Assembly: GCF_902713615.1 (NCBI RefSeq)
Contig: NC_052158.1
Span: 7,987,196-8,051,195, forward strand
Origin: Scyliorhinus canicula
Lineage: Eukaryota
DNA: 64,000 nucleotides
Reading direction: 5' to 3'
Shown here: positions 23,161 to 35,984 of the stretch, in pieces
Position numbering within the stretch: position 1 is the stretch's first letter
How the letters are laid out: every line of letters begins with the position of its first letter
The notes under the pieces: model-generated
The model's database searches: none
Told to the model about the DNA's origin: nothing
What the model saw: only the letters and a program-made list of their open reading frames with translations
Program-made: the position numbers and the translations under genes

Positions 23161-23549
23161 TTATGAGAAGATAGACAATAAATGCCCGGGGATTCAAGTA
23201 CAAGATGCTACAGGTGCAAGATTAAAGAGAAGGGCGGGATTATTCGTTCCTGAGATGAAGTGTTGATACCGGGGCAGGATTTGTGCACTTCTACAACAAC
23301 AAAACTGCTGCCGCACCTGGACCGATTCAGCGATCATTGAGGGGCTAGCACCAGTGCCACATAGAACACAATCAATTCCAATGTAAAACTGTGCTGGACT
23401 CACCAGGTTCGAGATTGACACTTGGGAGGCTGACAAGCTGCTGCCACACATGCACACTTCACTCCCCACACACACACTCATCCCACCCAACAAGATAGCA
23501 CTGGTTGCGTTGGAGCATGCCCATCCCATTGATGGGTGGGCTGCGGCCA

Positions 23550-24187
23550 CTGGGCATACCTAGGGGGGGTGGGCTGGGGGGACACCAATATGACCCGTGG
23601 CACTAAGTTCACAGTGGCCAGTCAGCAACCTGCCCAGCTGCATAGCTGCCTTTCAGGCTGCGGCAATGGTGTTCCATGCCCATCCACCCTGACCACACAG
23701 CCCACCTCCTGGCCAACCCCTCTACTCCTCCCTGCCCTGGCAGAAGTCCCGCCTTCCCCAGCCAGCGGCAAAACCATCAGCGCACTATAGTGACGCTGGA
23801 CACCTTCCAAACCCCCTCTCACCCCTCAGCACCCACGGTGCCTGTTTTCCGATTTTTAAAAGAACAAGTGAACCTTGCCAGCAGGAATTCCAGTGGAGGC
23901 AATCGTGATATCCCAGAGAATACCGGGTCAGGCCCGATAATGCCATGTGGAGTAGAACACAAAGACACCGCCAGGAGCTCAATAGCAATACTGAAAAATA
24001 GTGAATGGGGACAACCCGTCTGGTACTTCAATGGAAGTTGTAGAGTGGGTCCAAAAATGGATACTTCGTGGCACCAGAGAACTGTGGTTTGGCGTGAACC
24101 CTTCATCCGCCACGATTTTGCATCAAAACCGATTCTCCGCCCAATCGCTTTTCCCATTTCGGCGTCAGCTGATGGAAAATCCCGTCC
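23550..24187. mobile_element. Harbinger-family element fragment ending in a TIR
   Basis: Ends GGAAAATCCCGTCC; the subterminal region is shared with 57605-57888. Confidence 0.6.
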
Positions 24188-24261
24188 AAGAGATTTAGAA
24201 CCAAACAAAATAAACCAATTCTTCACACAGTGTTGTGAGGCTGTGAGGCAGGGTCAGTGAT

Positions 24262-24505
24262 TGCGATACCCTCAATTATGACACAGGAGAAAAGATTGGT
24301 TATTTAAAGGCTTTAATCATCAAACAACTGAACAGCAGCCGAGAAGTGTGCTCACCACATGCTGCCCAGTGAGCCTCATTTTATATACTGTTTCCTGGGG
24401 GCAGAGCCAGAGGCTGAGTCCCCCAGGGTTCCAAACCCAGTCTTAAAGGGCCAATGTATTAAAGGTAAGGTACCGTGACAGCAGCTACTGATACCATTCA
24501 TCACA
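24262..24505 (-). mobile_element. Solo LTR (244 bp)
   Basis: TGCGAT...ATCACA termini, 5-bp TSD GTGAT, minus-strand TATA (GTATATAAAA) and ATTAAA. Confidence 0.8.
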
Positions 24506-24765
24506 GTGATTGAGGGAGAATATTCTGGAATTCTGGACAAGTGGTTCTCAGCCTCTTACCCAACCCAGATCTCACTGCAGTCAAAGTGTGGCATTCAACT
24601 AACCCTGAAAATAATGATGGTGCCGCCGTGAAATCTATTCAACAATCTTCACTTTCTGAATAAAATCCTTATTTTGAGGCCACACATTGTGAATGGGGAT
24701 TATTATTAAATAGTGATCGATGTGCGATTACAGACTGAGTCCAAACCAGGAAATGTTTCTCAATT

Positions 24766-24789
24766 CAGGAAGTCAGTGAAACCGAAAGT
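24766..24789 (+). promoter_or_regulatory. ETS site (CAGGAAGT) plus ISRE/IRF element (GAAACCGAAAGT)
   Basis: Exact GAAANNGAAAGT consensus at 24778-24789 in unique sequence about 100 bp upstream of a consensus donor. Confidence 0.6.
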
Positions 24790-24799
24790 AAAAGTTTGC

Positions 24800-24893
24800 A
24801 GCGAGGGACGAGCTGTTGTTGGGAACATTTTTACTCTTCACAGATGTTGGAAAAAGGCAGAAAATCTTGGATCAGGTTGTGGGAAAGTCAGAG
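24800..24893 (+). other. Candidate first (5' UTR) exon; start approximate
   Basis: GAG|GTGAGT donor at 24893/24894 just downstream of the ISRE. Confidence 0.45.
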
Positions 24894-25377
24894 GTGAGTC
24901 CCAAATCTTTTTTATTTTGGGGAGGGTTTATTTCCTGTGGGATTGGGTATTTTTTATTCAGGCTGAAAGGTGCCGATCAAATGGAAGGAATTGAACTAAG
25001 AGCGGCTGGAGATTGTCCAGGGAGAAGTGAGAAACTTTCTAAAATGTCTGTAATCCTGAAGGGAGAGTGGAACTGGCTCCGATCAGGATAAGGGAATGGG
25101 AGCCAGAGGAGATTTCAAAGCTGAAACCGTCAGAGTCAAACACAGCGACCAGAAAGAGAGACGGAAATAAAAAGGAGGAACAGAGTCTTGTGACGGTCAT
25201 TACATTAAACTTTACACATTTATATTTCTAATAATATAACCCTGTCGGTAGTTATCGCGCCTCCTTTCTGAAAACAGATCTTTAATTTCAGAGTTTCTCT
25301 TGTGTTAAAAGCTCCGATTCCATTCTGTCCCATCGTCGATGTTTCACCATCGAGAGCGGTGACTTCAGCTGCCGCCA

Positions 25378-26580
25378 CCCTCAACCCCCTCCCCCCCCAG
25401 CACTGACCCCCCCCCCCCCACACCCCTGAACACCCCCCCCCCCCCGAACACCCCCCAACCCCCCCATCACCCCCCACACCCTGAACCCTCCCAACACTGA
25501 ACACCCACCAACCCCCCCCCGAACACCCCCCACACCCTGAACCCCCCCCCAACACTGAACACCCACCAACCCCTGAGCCCCCCCAACACTGAACACCCAC
25601 CAACCCCCCCCCCCGAACACCCCCCACACCCTGAACCCTCCCAACATTGAACACCCCCCACACCCTGAACACCCCCAACCCCCCACACCCTGAACCCCCC
25701 CAACACTGAACACCCCCCACACCCTGAACCCCCCCAACCCCCCCACAGCCTGAACCCCCCAGCCCCCCATACCCTGAACCCCCCACACCCTGAACCCCCC
25801 AACCCCTCACACCCTGAACCCCCCAACACTGAACCCCCCCTGAACCCCCATCACACCCACACCCTGAACCCCCCAACCCCACACACCCTGAACCCCCCCA
25901 ACCCCTCACACCCTGAACCCCCCCAACACTGAACACCCACCAACCCCCCCGTGAACACTCCCCACACCCTGAACCCCCCCAAATCCCCCCACACCCAGAA
26001 CCCCCCAACACTGAACACCCACCAGCCCCCCAAACCCCCCCCCCCAAGCCCCCCGAACACCCCCACACCCTGAACCCTCCCAACCCCCCACACCCTGAAC
26101 CCCCCCCAACCCCCCCACACCCTGAACGCCCCCAACACTGAACACCACCAGCCCCCCTGAACACCCCCAACCCCCCTGAACACCCCCAGACCCTGAACCC
26201 CCCCAACCCCCCACACCTTGAAACCCCCCCAACACTGAACACCTACCAACTCCCCCCGCGAACACTCCCCACACCCTGATCCCCCCAAACCTCCCCCACC
26301 CTGAACCCCCCCAAACCCCCACACCCTGAACCCCCCCACCCTGAGCACCCCCCAAACCTCCCCCACCCTGAACCCCCCAACCCCCACACCCTGAACCCCC
26401 CCACCCTGAGCACCCCCCAAACTCCCACACCCTGAACCCCCCACCCTGAGCACCCCCCAAACCCCCCCACCCTGAACCCCCCAAACACTCCCCCCACCCC
26501 CACCCTGAACCCCCCCAAACGCCGCACCCCCACCTGAACACCCTCCCCCCGACCCCCCGGACAGCCTCCACCCCCCGAAA
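25378..26580. repeat. C-rich minisatellite (CCCCCACACCCTGAA / CCCCCAACACTGAAC units)
   Basis: Tandem degenerate units with almost no G on the + strand. Confidence 0.9.
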
Positions 26581-28035
26581 CTCTCTCTCACCTTCCCCCA
26601 AACCTCTCGCCCCGAACCTCTGCCTCTCCCCCCCGAACCTCTCCCTCACCTCCCCCCGAACCTCTCCCCCGTACCTCTCCCTCAACCCCCCCGAACCTCT
26701 CCCTCAACCCCCCCCCGAACCTCTCCCTCACCCGCCCCAAACCTCTCCCCTGAACCTCTCTTCCACCCCCTTGAACCTCTCCCACCCCACCGAACCTCCC
26801 CCCCGAACCTCTCTTGCCTGCCCCCGAACCTCTATTGCCCCCCGAACCTCTCTCGGTCCCCCAACCTTTCTCTCACCTCCCCCGAACCTCTACCCCCTGA
26901 ACCTCTCCCCCCTGAACCTCTCTCCCTCAACCCCCCCCCGAACCTCTCCCTCAACCGCCCCGGACCTCTCCCCTGAACCTCTCTTCCACTCCCCTGAACC
27001 TCTCCCACCCCCACCGAACCTCCCCCCCCCAAACCTCTCTTGCCTGCCCCCGAACCTCTCTTGCCCCCCGAACCTCTCTCGCTCCCCCAACCTTTCTCTC
27101 ACCCCCCCCCGAACCTCTACCTCCTGAACCTCTCCCCCCCGAACCTCTCTTGCCTGCCCCCGAACCTCTCTTGCCCCCCGAACCTCTCTCGCTCCCCCAA
27201 CGTTTCTCTCACCTCCCCCGAACCTCTCCCCCCCGAACCTCTCCCCCCTGAACCTCTCTCCCCTCAACCCCCCCAAACCTCTCCCTCACCCGCCCCGGAC
27301 CTCTCCCCTGAACCTCTCTTCCACTCCCCTGAACCTCTCTTCCACCCCCCTGAACCTCTCCCACCCCCACCGAACCTCCCCCCCCGAACCTCTCTTGCCT
27401 GCCCCCGAACCTCTCTTGCCCCCCGAACCTCTCTCGCTCCCCCAACCTTTCTCTCACCTCCCCCGAACCTCTACCCCCCTGAACCTCTCCCCCTGAACCT
27501 CTCTCCCCTCCCCTGAACCTCTCCATCCTCCCCCGAACCTCTCTCCCCTCCCCCGAACCTCTCCCCCCCCCGAACCTCTCTCCCCCTGAACCTCCCGCTC
27601 CCCTCCCTCCTCTCCCCGAACCTCTCTCCCCCTGGCCCCTCCTTGAACCTCTGTCCCCCCCCTCCCGAACCTCTGTCCCCCCTCCCCCCGAACCTCTCTC
27701 CCCCCCCGAACCTCTCTCCCCCCCGACCCTCTCTCGCCTCCTGAACCTGTCTCCTCCTCCCGAACCTCTCTCCCTCCCCCCCCGAACCTCTCTAACCCCC
27801 CCCCCGAACCTCTCTCCACCCCGAACCTCTCCATTCCCCCCGAATCTCTCTCCCCCTCCACCCAAACCTCTCTCCCTCCTGAACCTCTCCACTCCCCCTC
27901 CTGAATCTCTCCATTCCACCCCGCGAACCTCTCCACTCTCCCCTGAACCTCTCCACTCTCCCCTGAACGTCTCCACTCTCCCCTGAACCTCTCCACTCCC
28001 CCCCCGAACCTCTCCACTCCTCCCCCCCCTTCCCC
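26580..28035. repeat. C-rich minisatellite (CCCCGAACCTCTC / CCCCGAACCTCTCCACT units)
   Basis: Tandem units. Confidence 0.9.
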
Positions 28036-31000
28036 GAGGCGTTCAAAGGGGCGGCAGGCCTTCACCAGGTGCACACGGTCCGGCCGGTAGAAATGCGGCT
28101 TGCACTCCGCACAGACCTGGCAGTCTCTGGTGACTGTCTGTACTTCCTCGGCAGAGTAGGGCAGATTGCGGGCCTTGACAAGATGGTACAACCATGTGAC
28201 CCCGGGTGAGAAAGGATGTCATGTATGGCCTGGAGTCGGTCTACTTGTGCGCTGGCACATGTACCTCTGGATAGGGCGTCTGGGGGCTCATTGAGTTTGC
28301 CGGGGCGATACAGAATCTCATAATTATAGGTGGAGAGCTCGATTCTCCACCGCAAGATTTTATCATTTTTGATCTTGCCCCGCTGCGTGTTATTGAACAT
28401 GAAGGCTACCGACCGTTGGTCAGTGATTAGAGTGAATCTCCTGCCGGCCAGGTAATGCCTCCAATGCTGCACAGTTTCAACGATAGCCTGGGCCTCCTTT
28501 TCGACGGACGAGTGCTGAATTTCTGAGGCATGAAGGGTGCGGGAAAAGAATGCCACGGGTCTGCCTGTCTGATTGAGGGTGACGGCAAGGGTTACGTCTG
28601 ACGTGTCGCTTTCTACTTGGAAGGGCAGTGTCTTGTCTGCTGCGTGCATCCCGGCCTTAGCTGTGTCTGCTCTGATACGGGCGAAGGCCTGTTGTGCCTC
28701 GGCCTTAAGGGGAAAATGGATGGACTGAATGAGTGGACGGGCCTTGTCCGCGTATTGTGGGACCCACTGAGCGAGTATGAAAAGAACCCCAGGCAGCGTT
28801 TGAGGGCCTTGGGGCAGTGGGGGAGGGGAAGCTCCATGAGATGGCACATGCGGTCGGGATTGGGTCCCAGAACTCCGTTCTGGACCACATAGCCGAGGAT
28901 GGCTAAGCGGGTCGTGCTGAACACACACTTCTCCTTATTGTAGGTGAGGTTGAGGAGAGTGACGGTGCGGAGGAATTTAGCAAGGTTGGCATCGTGGTCC
29001 TGCTGATCATGGCCGCAGATGGTGACGTTGTCTAGTTACGGAAAAGTGGCCCGCGAACCGTACTGGTCGACCATTCGGTCCATCTCCCTTTGGAAGACTG
29101 AGACCAATAGTGACGCCGAAGGGAACCCTGAGGAAGTGATAGAAACGACCGTCCGCCTCAAAGGCAGTGTATGGACGGTCCGATTTTATGAATGGGGAGC
29201 TGGGGGTAGGCGGATTTTAGGTCAATCGTTGAGAAGACCCGATATTGCACATCTGATTGACTATATTAGATATGCGTGGGAGGGGGTACGCGTCGAGCTG
29301 CGTGTACCGATTGATGGTCTGGCTGTAGTCCACGACCATTCTATGCTTCTCCTCAGTTTTAATGACTACCACTTGAGCTCTCCAGGGGCTGTTGCTGGCC
29401 TCGATGATACCCTCCCGAAGCAGCCGCCGGACCTCGGACCTGATGAAGGTCTTGTCCTGGGTGCTGTACCGTCTGCTCCTGGTGGCAAAGGGTTTGCAAT
29501 CCGAAGTTAGATTGGCAAAGAGGGAGGGGGGGGGTCAACCTTTAGGGTCGCGAGGCCGCATACAGTGAGGGGTGGTAGGGGCCCGCCGAATTTGAGGACG
29601 AGGCTCTGGAGGTTGCACTGGAAGTCCAGGCCTAGTATTAGTGCAGCGCAGAGATTAGGAAGGACATAGAGGTGGAAGCCGCTGAATTCTAAGCCCTGGA
29701 CCGTGAGAGTGACTGTGCAGAACCCCCGGATTGGGACGGAATGGGATCCGGAGGCCAGTGAGATTATTTGGTTGGCGGGGTGAACCGCGAGGGAGCAGCG
29801 CCTTACTGTATCCGGGTGGATGAAGCTTTCGGTGCTCCCGGAGTCCAGCAGGCAAGAGGTCACGTGACCATTGATTTTCACCGTCGTCGAAGCGGTGGCC
29901 AGGTTGTGTGGACCAGACTGGTCGAGTGTCATCGAGGCGAGCTGCGGTTGATCATCACTGGTGTCGGAAGACGAAGAGCGTGGGGGCCGCCAGTCATGGA
30001 ATGTCGTCAGCGTCCATGCCCCGTGGGGAAGACAAGATGACGGTGAATAAAGATCCTGCGGGGGACAAAATGACGGCGCCCATGGGCCGCATGTTGCTGG
30101 AGCTGAACAAGATGGCGGCGCCCATGGGCCGCTCGTGGACTGAGGGGGGAAGATGGCGGCGCCCACTGGCTGGTCGCTGCCCCGGGAGGTGAAAATGGCG
30201 GCGCCCACTGGCCGCACGTGGCCCCGGGGGATGAAGATGGCAGTACCCACTGGCTGCGCGTGGTCCGGGGGTGAAGATGGCAGCGCCCACTGGCCGCGCG
30301 TGGTCCCGGGGGATGAAGATGGCAGTACCCACTGGCCGCACGTGGCCCCGGGGGATGAAGATGGCAGTACCCACTGGCTGCGCGTGGTCCGGGGGTGAAG
30401 ATGGCGGCGCCCACTGTGCGTGTGTCAGGGGTAAGGGGGCGATAGCGGCGACTGCGAGGGCCTGGCACACTGCGGCGAATTGGCCCTTTTTGCTGCAAGC
30501 CTTGCAAATGGCAGTGCGGGCCAGGCAGCGATGGCGGGTGTGCTTCTGCTGGCAGCAGAAGTAACATCGGGGACCCCTGGGATTGGCGTGTGGTGCAGGC
30601 GTATTGGCTGGGTAAGGCCCTGGCTGGGGCGGCCGTTTGCGGGGTCCACAAGAGATAGGAGGAGTGGGCCGCGCGGCCGGAGGGGTAGGCCTGCGAGTTA
30701 CGTGAGGCGACCGTCATGGAGAGCGCCAGCATTTTAGTCTCCACTAGGTCGAGCGTGGCCCCCTCAAGTAGTCTTTGGCTGATGAGGTCCGACCCAATCC
30801 CCGTTACAAAAGCATAGTGCATGAGGAGATTAGAATATTCGGTGGCCGTGACGGCCTGACAGTCACAGTCCCGGATGAGTGGGATTAGGGCCTGCCAGAC
30901 GTCTTCAATGGACTCACCAGGGAGTTGGAGCAAGTGGCGAGTACGTGTCTGGCAAAGAGTGTGTTCGCTTTCTGCGCGTAGTTCTCTTTGAGGAACGCCA

Positions 31001-31213
31001 TGGCGTCTGTGTAGGTCGGGGCGTCCTGGATCAGCGGAAATACGCTGGAGATCAATCTTGAGTACAGGATCTATATCTTCTGAGCCTCCGTCGGTGGGGT
31101 GGTTACTGAGTTTATGTAAGCCTCGAAGCAAGTTAGCCAGTGATTAAAGTCTTTTCTGGCGTTGGTCAATTGCGGATCGAGCTGCAGGCGATCTGGTTTG
31201 ATTCGGAGGTCAC
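28036..31213 (-). mobile_element. Gypsy LTR-retrotransposon gag-pol without LTRs (decayed)
   Basis: Gag DLRIKPDRLQLDPQ; protease LLDSGSTESF; RT LRVPFGVT and *LDNVTICG; RNase H ESDTSD...FFSRTL...ITDQRS; integrase zinc finger H..HPG...CQVCAEC, then truncated. Confidence 0.92.
30095..30415. repeat. About 59-bp tandem repeat between Gypsy gag and protease
   Basis: GCCCACTGGCYGCRCGTGGYCCSGGGG..TGAAGATGGC units, about 5-6 copies. Confidence 0.8.
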
Positions 31214-31215
31214 TT

Positions 31216-32885
31216 GTAGAACCTCTCCCCCCCCGAACCTCTCCACTCCCCCCCGAACCTCTCCACTCCCCCCCGAACCTCTCCACTCCCCCCCGAACCT
31301 CTCCACTCCCCCCGAACCTCTCCACTCCCCCCCGAACCTCTCCACTCCCCCCCCAAACCTGTCCACTCCCCTGAACCTCTCCACTCCCCACTGAACCTCT
31401 CCACTCCCCCCTGAACCTTTCCACTCCCCCCCCTGAACCTCTCCACCCTCCCGAACCTCTCCAACCCCCGCCGATCCTCTCCACTCCCCCCCCCGAGCCT
31501 CTCCACTTCCCCCCGAACCTCTCCAACCCCCCGAACCTCTCCACCCCCTGATCCTCTCCACTTCTCCCCCCTGGACCTCTCCACTCCTCCCCCCTGAACC
31601 TCTCCACTCCCCCCCCCCCCGAAACTCACTCCCCCCCCGAACCTCTCGACTCCCCTCCGATCCTCTCCACTCCCCCCCGACCCTGAACCTCGTCACCCCC
31701 CCAAACCTCTCCTCCCCCTCTCCGATCCTTTCCACTCCCCCCCCAAACCTCTCCACTTCCCCCCCCGAACCTCTCCACCCCCCCGAGTCTCTCCACTTCT
31801 CCCCCCCTGAACCTCTCCACCCTCCCCGAAACTCATCACTCCCCCCGAACCTGTCCACTCCCCCCCGAACCTCTCCACTCCCCCCCGAACCTCTCCACTC
31901 CCTCCCCCTGAACCTCTCCACTCCCCCCGAACCTGTCCACTCCCCCCGAACCTCTCCACTCCCCCCCGAACCTCTCCACTCCCTCCGCCCTGAACCTCTC
32001 CACTCCCCCCTCGAACCTCTCCACTCCCCCCTGAACCTCTCCACTCTCCCCCCGAACCTCTCCACTCCCCCCCCCCGAACCTCTCCCTCCCCCCGAACCT
32101 CTCCACTCCCCCCCGAACCTCTCCACTCCCCCGAACCTCTCCACTTCTCCCCCCCGAACCTCTCCACTTCCCCCCCCCGAACCTCTCCACCTCCCCGAAT
32201 CTCTCCACTTCTCCCCCCCTGAACCTCTCCACTCCCCCCCTGAACCTCTCCCCCGAACCTCTCCACTCCTCCCCGAACCACTCCACTCCCCCCCGAACCT
32301 CTCCACTCCCCCCCGAAACTGTCCACTCGCCCCCCCGAACCTCTCACCCGAACCTCTCCACTCCTCCCCGAACACTCCACTCCCCCCCCGAACCTCTCCA
32401 CTCCTCCCCGAACCTCTCCACTCCCCCGAACCTCTACCCCCGAACCTCTCCACTCCTCCCCGAACCTCTCCACTCCCCCCCCGAACCTCTCCACTGCACC
32501 CCCGAACCGCTCCACTCCCCCCGAACCTCTCCCCTCCCCTCAAACCTCTCCACTCCCCCCTGAACCTCTCCACTCCCCCCCTGAACCTCTCCACTCCCCC
32601 CTCAAACCTCTCCACTCCCCCCTGAACCTCTCCACTCTCCCCCCGAACCCCTCCACTCCCCCCCGAACCTCTCCACTCCCCCCCAAACCTCTCCACTCCC
32701 CCCCCCCGAACCTCTCCACTGCAACCCCGAACCTCTCCACTCCCCCTGAACCTCTCCACTCCCCCCTCGAACCTCTCCACTCCCCCCCCGAACCTCTCCA
32801 CTCCCCCCCCGAACCTCTCCACTCCCTCCCCCTGAACCTCTCCACTCCCCCCGAACCTGTCCACTCCCCCCCGAACCTCTCCATG
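31216..32885. repeat. C-rich minisatellite (CCCCCGAACCTCTCCACT, about 17-20 bp)
   Basis: Same unit as that immediately left of the Gypsy fragment. Confidence 0.9.
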
Positions 32886-33017
32886 CTTAACCTTGTTAGT
32901 TTGTTACAGTGGATATGGTATGAAAATAGCAAGACATGGTCAAACTAAACTAAAATCAAACCACCCAGGTCTGCTCACAGAGGTTAGCAGGCTGCACTGT
33001 GCTCCAAATGAGCTTTG

Positions 33018-33142
33018 ACAAAGAGTCATCAGACTAGAAATGTTAGCTCTTTTCTCTCCCTACAGATGCTGCCAGACTTGCTGAGATTTTCCAGCATTTT
33101 CCCTTTCGTTTCAGATTCCAGCATCCACAGTAATTTGCTTTT
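33018..33142 (+). mobile_element. Short Penelope-like terminal fragment
   Basis: 16-bp TSD CTCCAAATGAGCTTTG (33002-33017, 33143-33158); degenerate hammerhead-like TGACAAAGAGTC..GACTAGAAATGTT. Confidence 0.55.
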
Positions 33143-33250
33143 CTCCAAATGAGCTTTGTACTAATATTCTGCAGGAGACATGATTATCTTTTGTGATTTG
33201 TTTTGTAACCCACTGCTCATGCAATCCTGTATCTTGACTTTTCCCTGCAG

Positions 33251-33331
33251 CTTAACGCAATGATGATTGTTCAACCTCATTCACGATAGTACTCCTGGAT
33301 CTATTTCTTGAACAGTATTTCTCTGCCAAAG
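33251..33331 (+). other. Candidate internal non-coding exon (81 nt)
   Basis: TTTTCCCTGCAG acceptor and AAG|GTAAGC donor in unique sequence; contains a short ORF MMIVQPHSR*. Confidence 0.4.
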
Positions 33332-33509
33332 GTAAGCTTGTAAACTGCATGACTCTTTAATAAAAATACTGAGGAAAAGATAAACTGTCTGAAGAACATG
33401 GAGAAGTAAAGAATGTCAACCCTGAAATTATAATCTGGGACATTGTCATGTTGGTCTGAAATTCCACACTCCATCATTTTATTAGAATTGTTAGTTTGAT
33501 TAGTTGACA

Positions 33510-33895
33510 CATTTGCTAAAGGGGATGGAGATCGCTGAAATATTCCTCACAATCTTTCAATCTTCCATAGGTATGGGAGAGGTGCCAGAGAATTGGATAT
33601 TATTCATGCATGTGTTTCAGGGCAAGTAACTGCAGGCCAGCAAGTTTAACATCAATAGTGGGTAAGATCTTAGAAACAATAATCAGGGAAGAAATCAGTC
33701 GGCACTTGGAGAGGTTTGAGTTAATAAGGAGAGGCAGCATGGCTTAGCATTAAAGGCTGGTTAACAAAATTCTGACTCGAGGAGTAGGAGGCTCAGTGTC
33801 AGCTTGGATACAAATTGACTTAAGGACAGACAAGAGCAGTCCTGGTAAGTGTTTATTTTTCAGAGGGAGGATGATGGGAAGTGGGGAATTGTATT
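33510..33895 (+). mobile_element. Old CR1 RT fragment (continues about 35170-35970)
   Basis: Degenerate IFQSS..G.VP, NYRP.SLTS..GK.LE motifs. Confidence 0.65.
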
Positions 33896-35169
33896 TACAG
33901 CAGGCAGTCATGTGGTGGGCACGTTTGCTCAGCATTAGGAGGGGAGTGCCTGTTCCACAGATTCATATACAGCACAGTACCTTGAGGGTCATCGCTCGGA
34001 CCACTGCTGATACAAAGGAAAGTTTCAAAACTTGCTGATTGAAAAACAAATTCTGAGGAGTACTGAAGGATCTTATGATTGCGAATTTTATTCAATTCAG
34101 GGTTACCGGTTGTTCTTATACATTGCTGAAACTCAGTAGAAATTCAAGTTTTAAACTTGTCAGGTGCAAATAAGAATTGTTTTATTTGGAGTTCATTGGT
34201 TACAACTTGAAAATCATTTAAAAGGTAGTTTGTAGACAATTTGATTTTCTTCAAAGAATCACAGGAATTATCTTCTGAGACAATAGCCCGAACACACCTT
34301 TAAAAGTCAAAGTCTGAAGTCAAAGTCTGAAAATGAAATATGAATACAGAACTCTTTTCTAATTCTCTTCCTTTCCTTTCTGTCTCTCTCTCTCTTTCTC
34401 TTTCTCTCTCTGTCTCTCTCTTTTCCTTTCTCTTCTTTTTCTTACTCTCAAAATGGTGGCCAAATCGTCCATGGATATACTATTTCATATCTGTCTTAAG
34501 CGATCCGATCACACCCCAATATAATCCTAATTGGTTTGGGTTAGACTCAAACACATTTGATTTGCTAGCAAGCTGTCCATCTTCACGATGTAACATTACT
34601 TCCAATTGTTGCCTGCTTGTATATTTTTCATGGGATATTGTCCTTTATCAAAACCAGCAAAAACTGGTCTAATGCTAACCTACCTATTGCCACAATGGAG
34701 ACCTCATGCTGACCTCACTGCTGCAACAATGGAGACCTTGTGTTATCTCATCATGCCATGCTGGGCATCTATTTCAATTCAGTCTTTTATAAAATAATGT
34801 TGGAATCAAATATATATATATTATATTTGATTCGATGTTTTAATTGTCCATTTATTAAAAACAAGGCAACACAGTCTAAAATGTTTCGGCTTGTATAATC
34901 ATGGAATGTAATTCACCCTAATCTCAAACGGCGTGAGAATCGTGCAATCCTTCATTCTTATTCCTCGTTGCCATGGATTCAACCCTTGTCCTTGGAAAAA
35001 TGTAATGATCTTATCAGACTTCTGTGTTTTGCAAACTCATGACTGAGTTTGGAAATTATATAGTTTCTTTCATTTTAAAACTGGGAATTAATATTTATGC
35101 TTTAAGCAGCTTTTTACCTATATTAAGTGTATTTAAAATACCTGGCTTCTACAAGTACCAATTGGTGAA

Positions 35170-35970
35170 GATGGTACAAATTGATGGCAATAGGACATGC
35201 AGAAGCTAGGAAAATGGGCAGACAGGCAGCAGATGGAATTTAATACAGAGAAGTGTGAGGTGATGGATTTTGGCAGAATGGATTAGGAAAGGCAATTTAG
35301 ACTTAATGACACAATTCTAAAGAGTGAGTAGAGACAGAGGGACTTTATGATGGATATGTATTTATCTTTGAATACAGCAGGACATATTGAGAAAGTGATC
35401 AGCAAAGCATGAACTGTTGGGCTCCATGAATAGAAATGTTGAGTACAAAAGCAGGGGAGTTACTCGAAACCAAGTTCTTATGGTAAGTCACAGCGAGCAT
35501 ACTGCAGTCAGTTCTGGTCGCCACACTTTAGGAAGGATGTGAGAGACCCTGAGAGGCTGCAGAGGACATTTAGCAGAATAGTTCCAGAGGTGAGGGATTT
35601 TAGTTCCAAGGTTAGGTTGGAGGTGCTGGGGTTGTTCTCCCTGAGGGGAGATTTGATTTGCAGAAAATTATGACAGGCTTAGATCATGGAGACAAAGAAA
35701 AATTGTTCACACAAGTTGGGGGACTTTAGGCAAAAGAAGGATGTGAGGAAGGGCTTCTTTACTGAATGAGTTGAAGAGATCTGAAACTCATTACCTGCGC
35801 TTGTGGTGGGAGCAGGGATGATCAATGATTACACAAGGAAATTGGATTGGCTTCTGAAGGAAACAAACCTATCGGGTTATGAACTGAGGACATACTTAAT
35901 TGTTCTACAGAGATCCAGTATGGGCTCAATGGGCTGAATTACCTCATTCTGTACTCTATATGATTCTATG
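35170..35970 (+). mobile_element. Old CR1 3' fragment
   Basis: W.M.FN.EKCEV and QFWSPH.RKD motifs; ATGATTCTATG tail. Confidence 0.7.
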
Positions 35971-35984
35971 GGCCAGGAATTCTC

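Noticed and set aside
25220-32932. Many long Gly/Pro-rich ORFs (up to 449 aa)
   Set aside because: They are translations of stop-poor minisatellites, open in several frames and on both strands.
33251-33331. Second signal-peptide exon (phase 1 frame ...FTIVLLDLFLEQYFSAK)
   Set aside because: No in-frame ATG and a stop upstream in that frame; kept only as a candidate non-coding exon.
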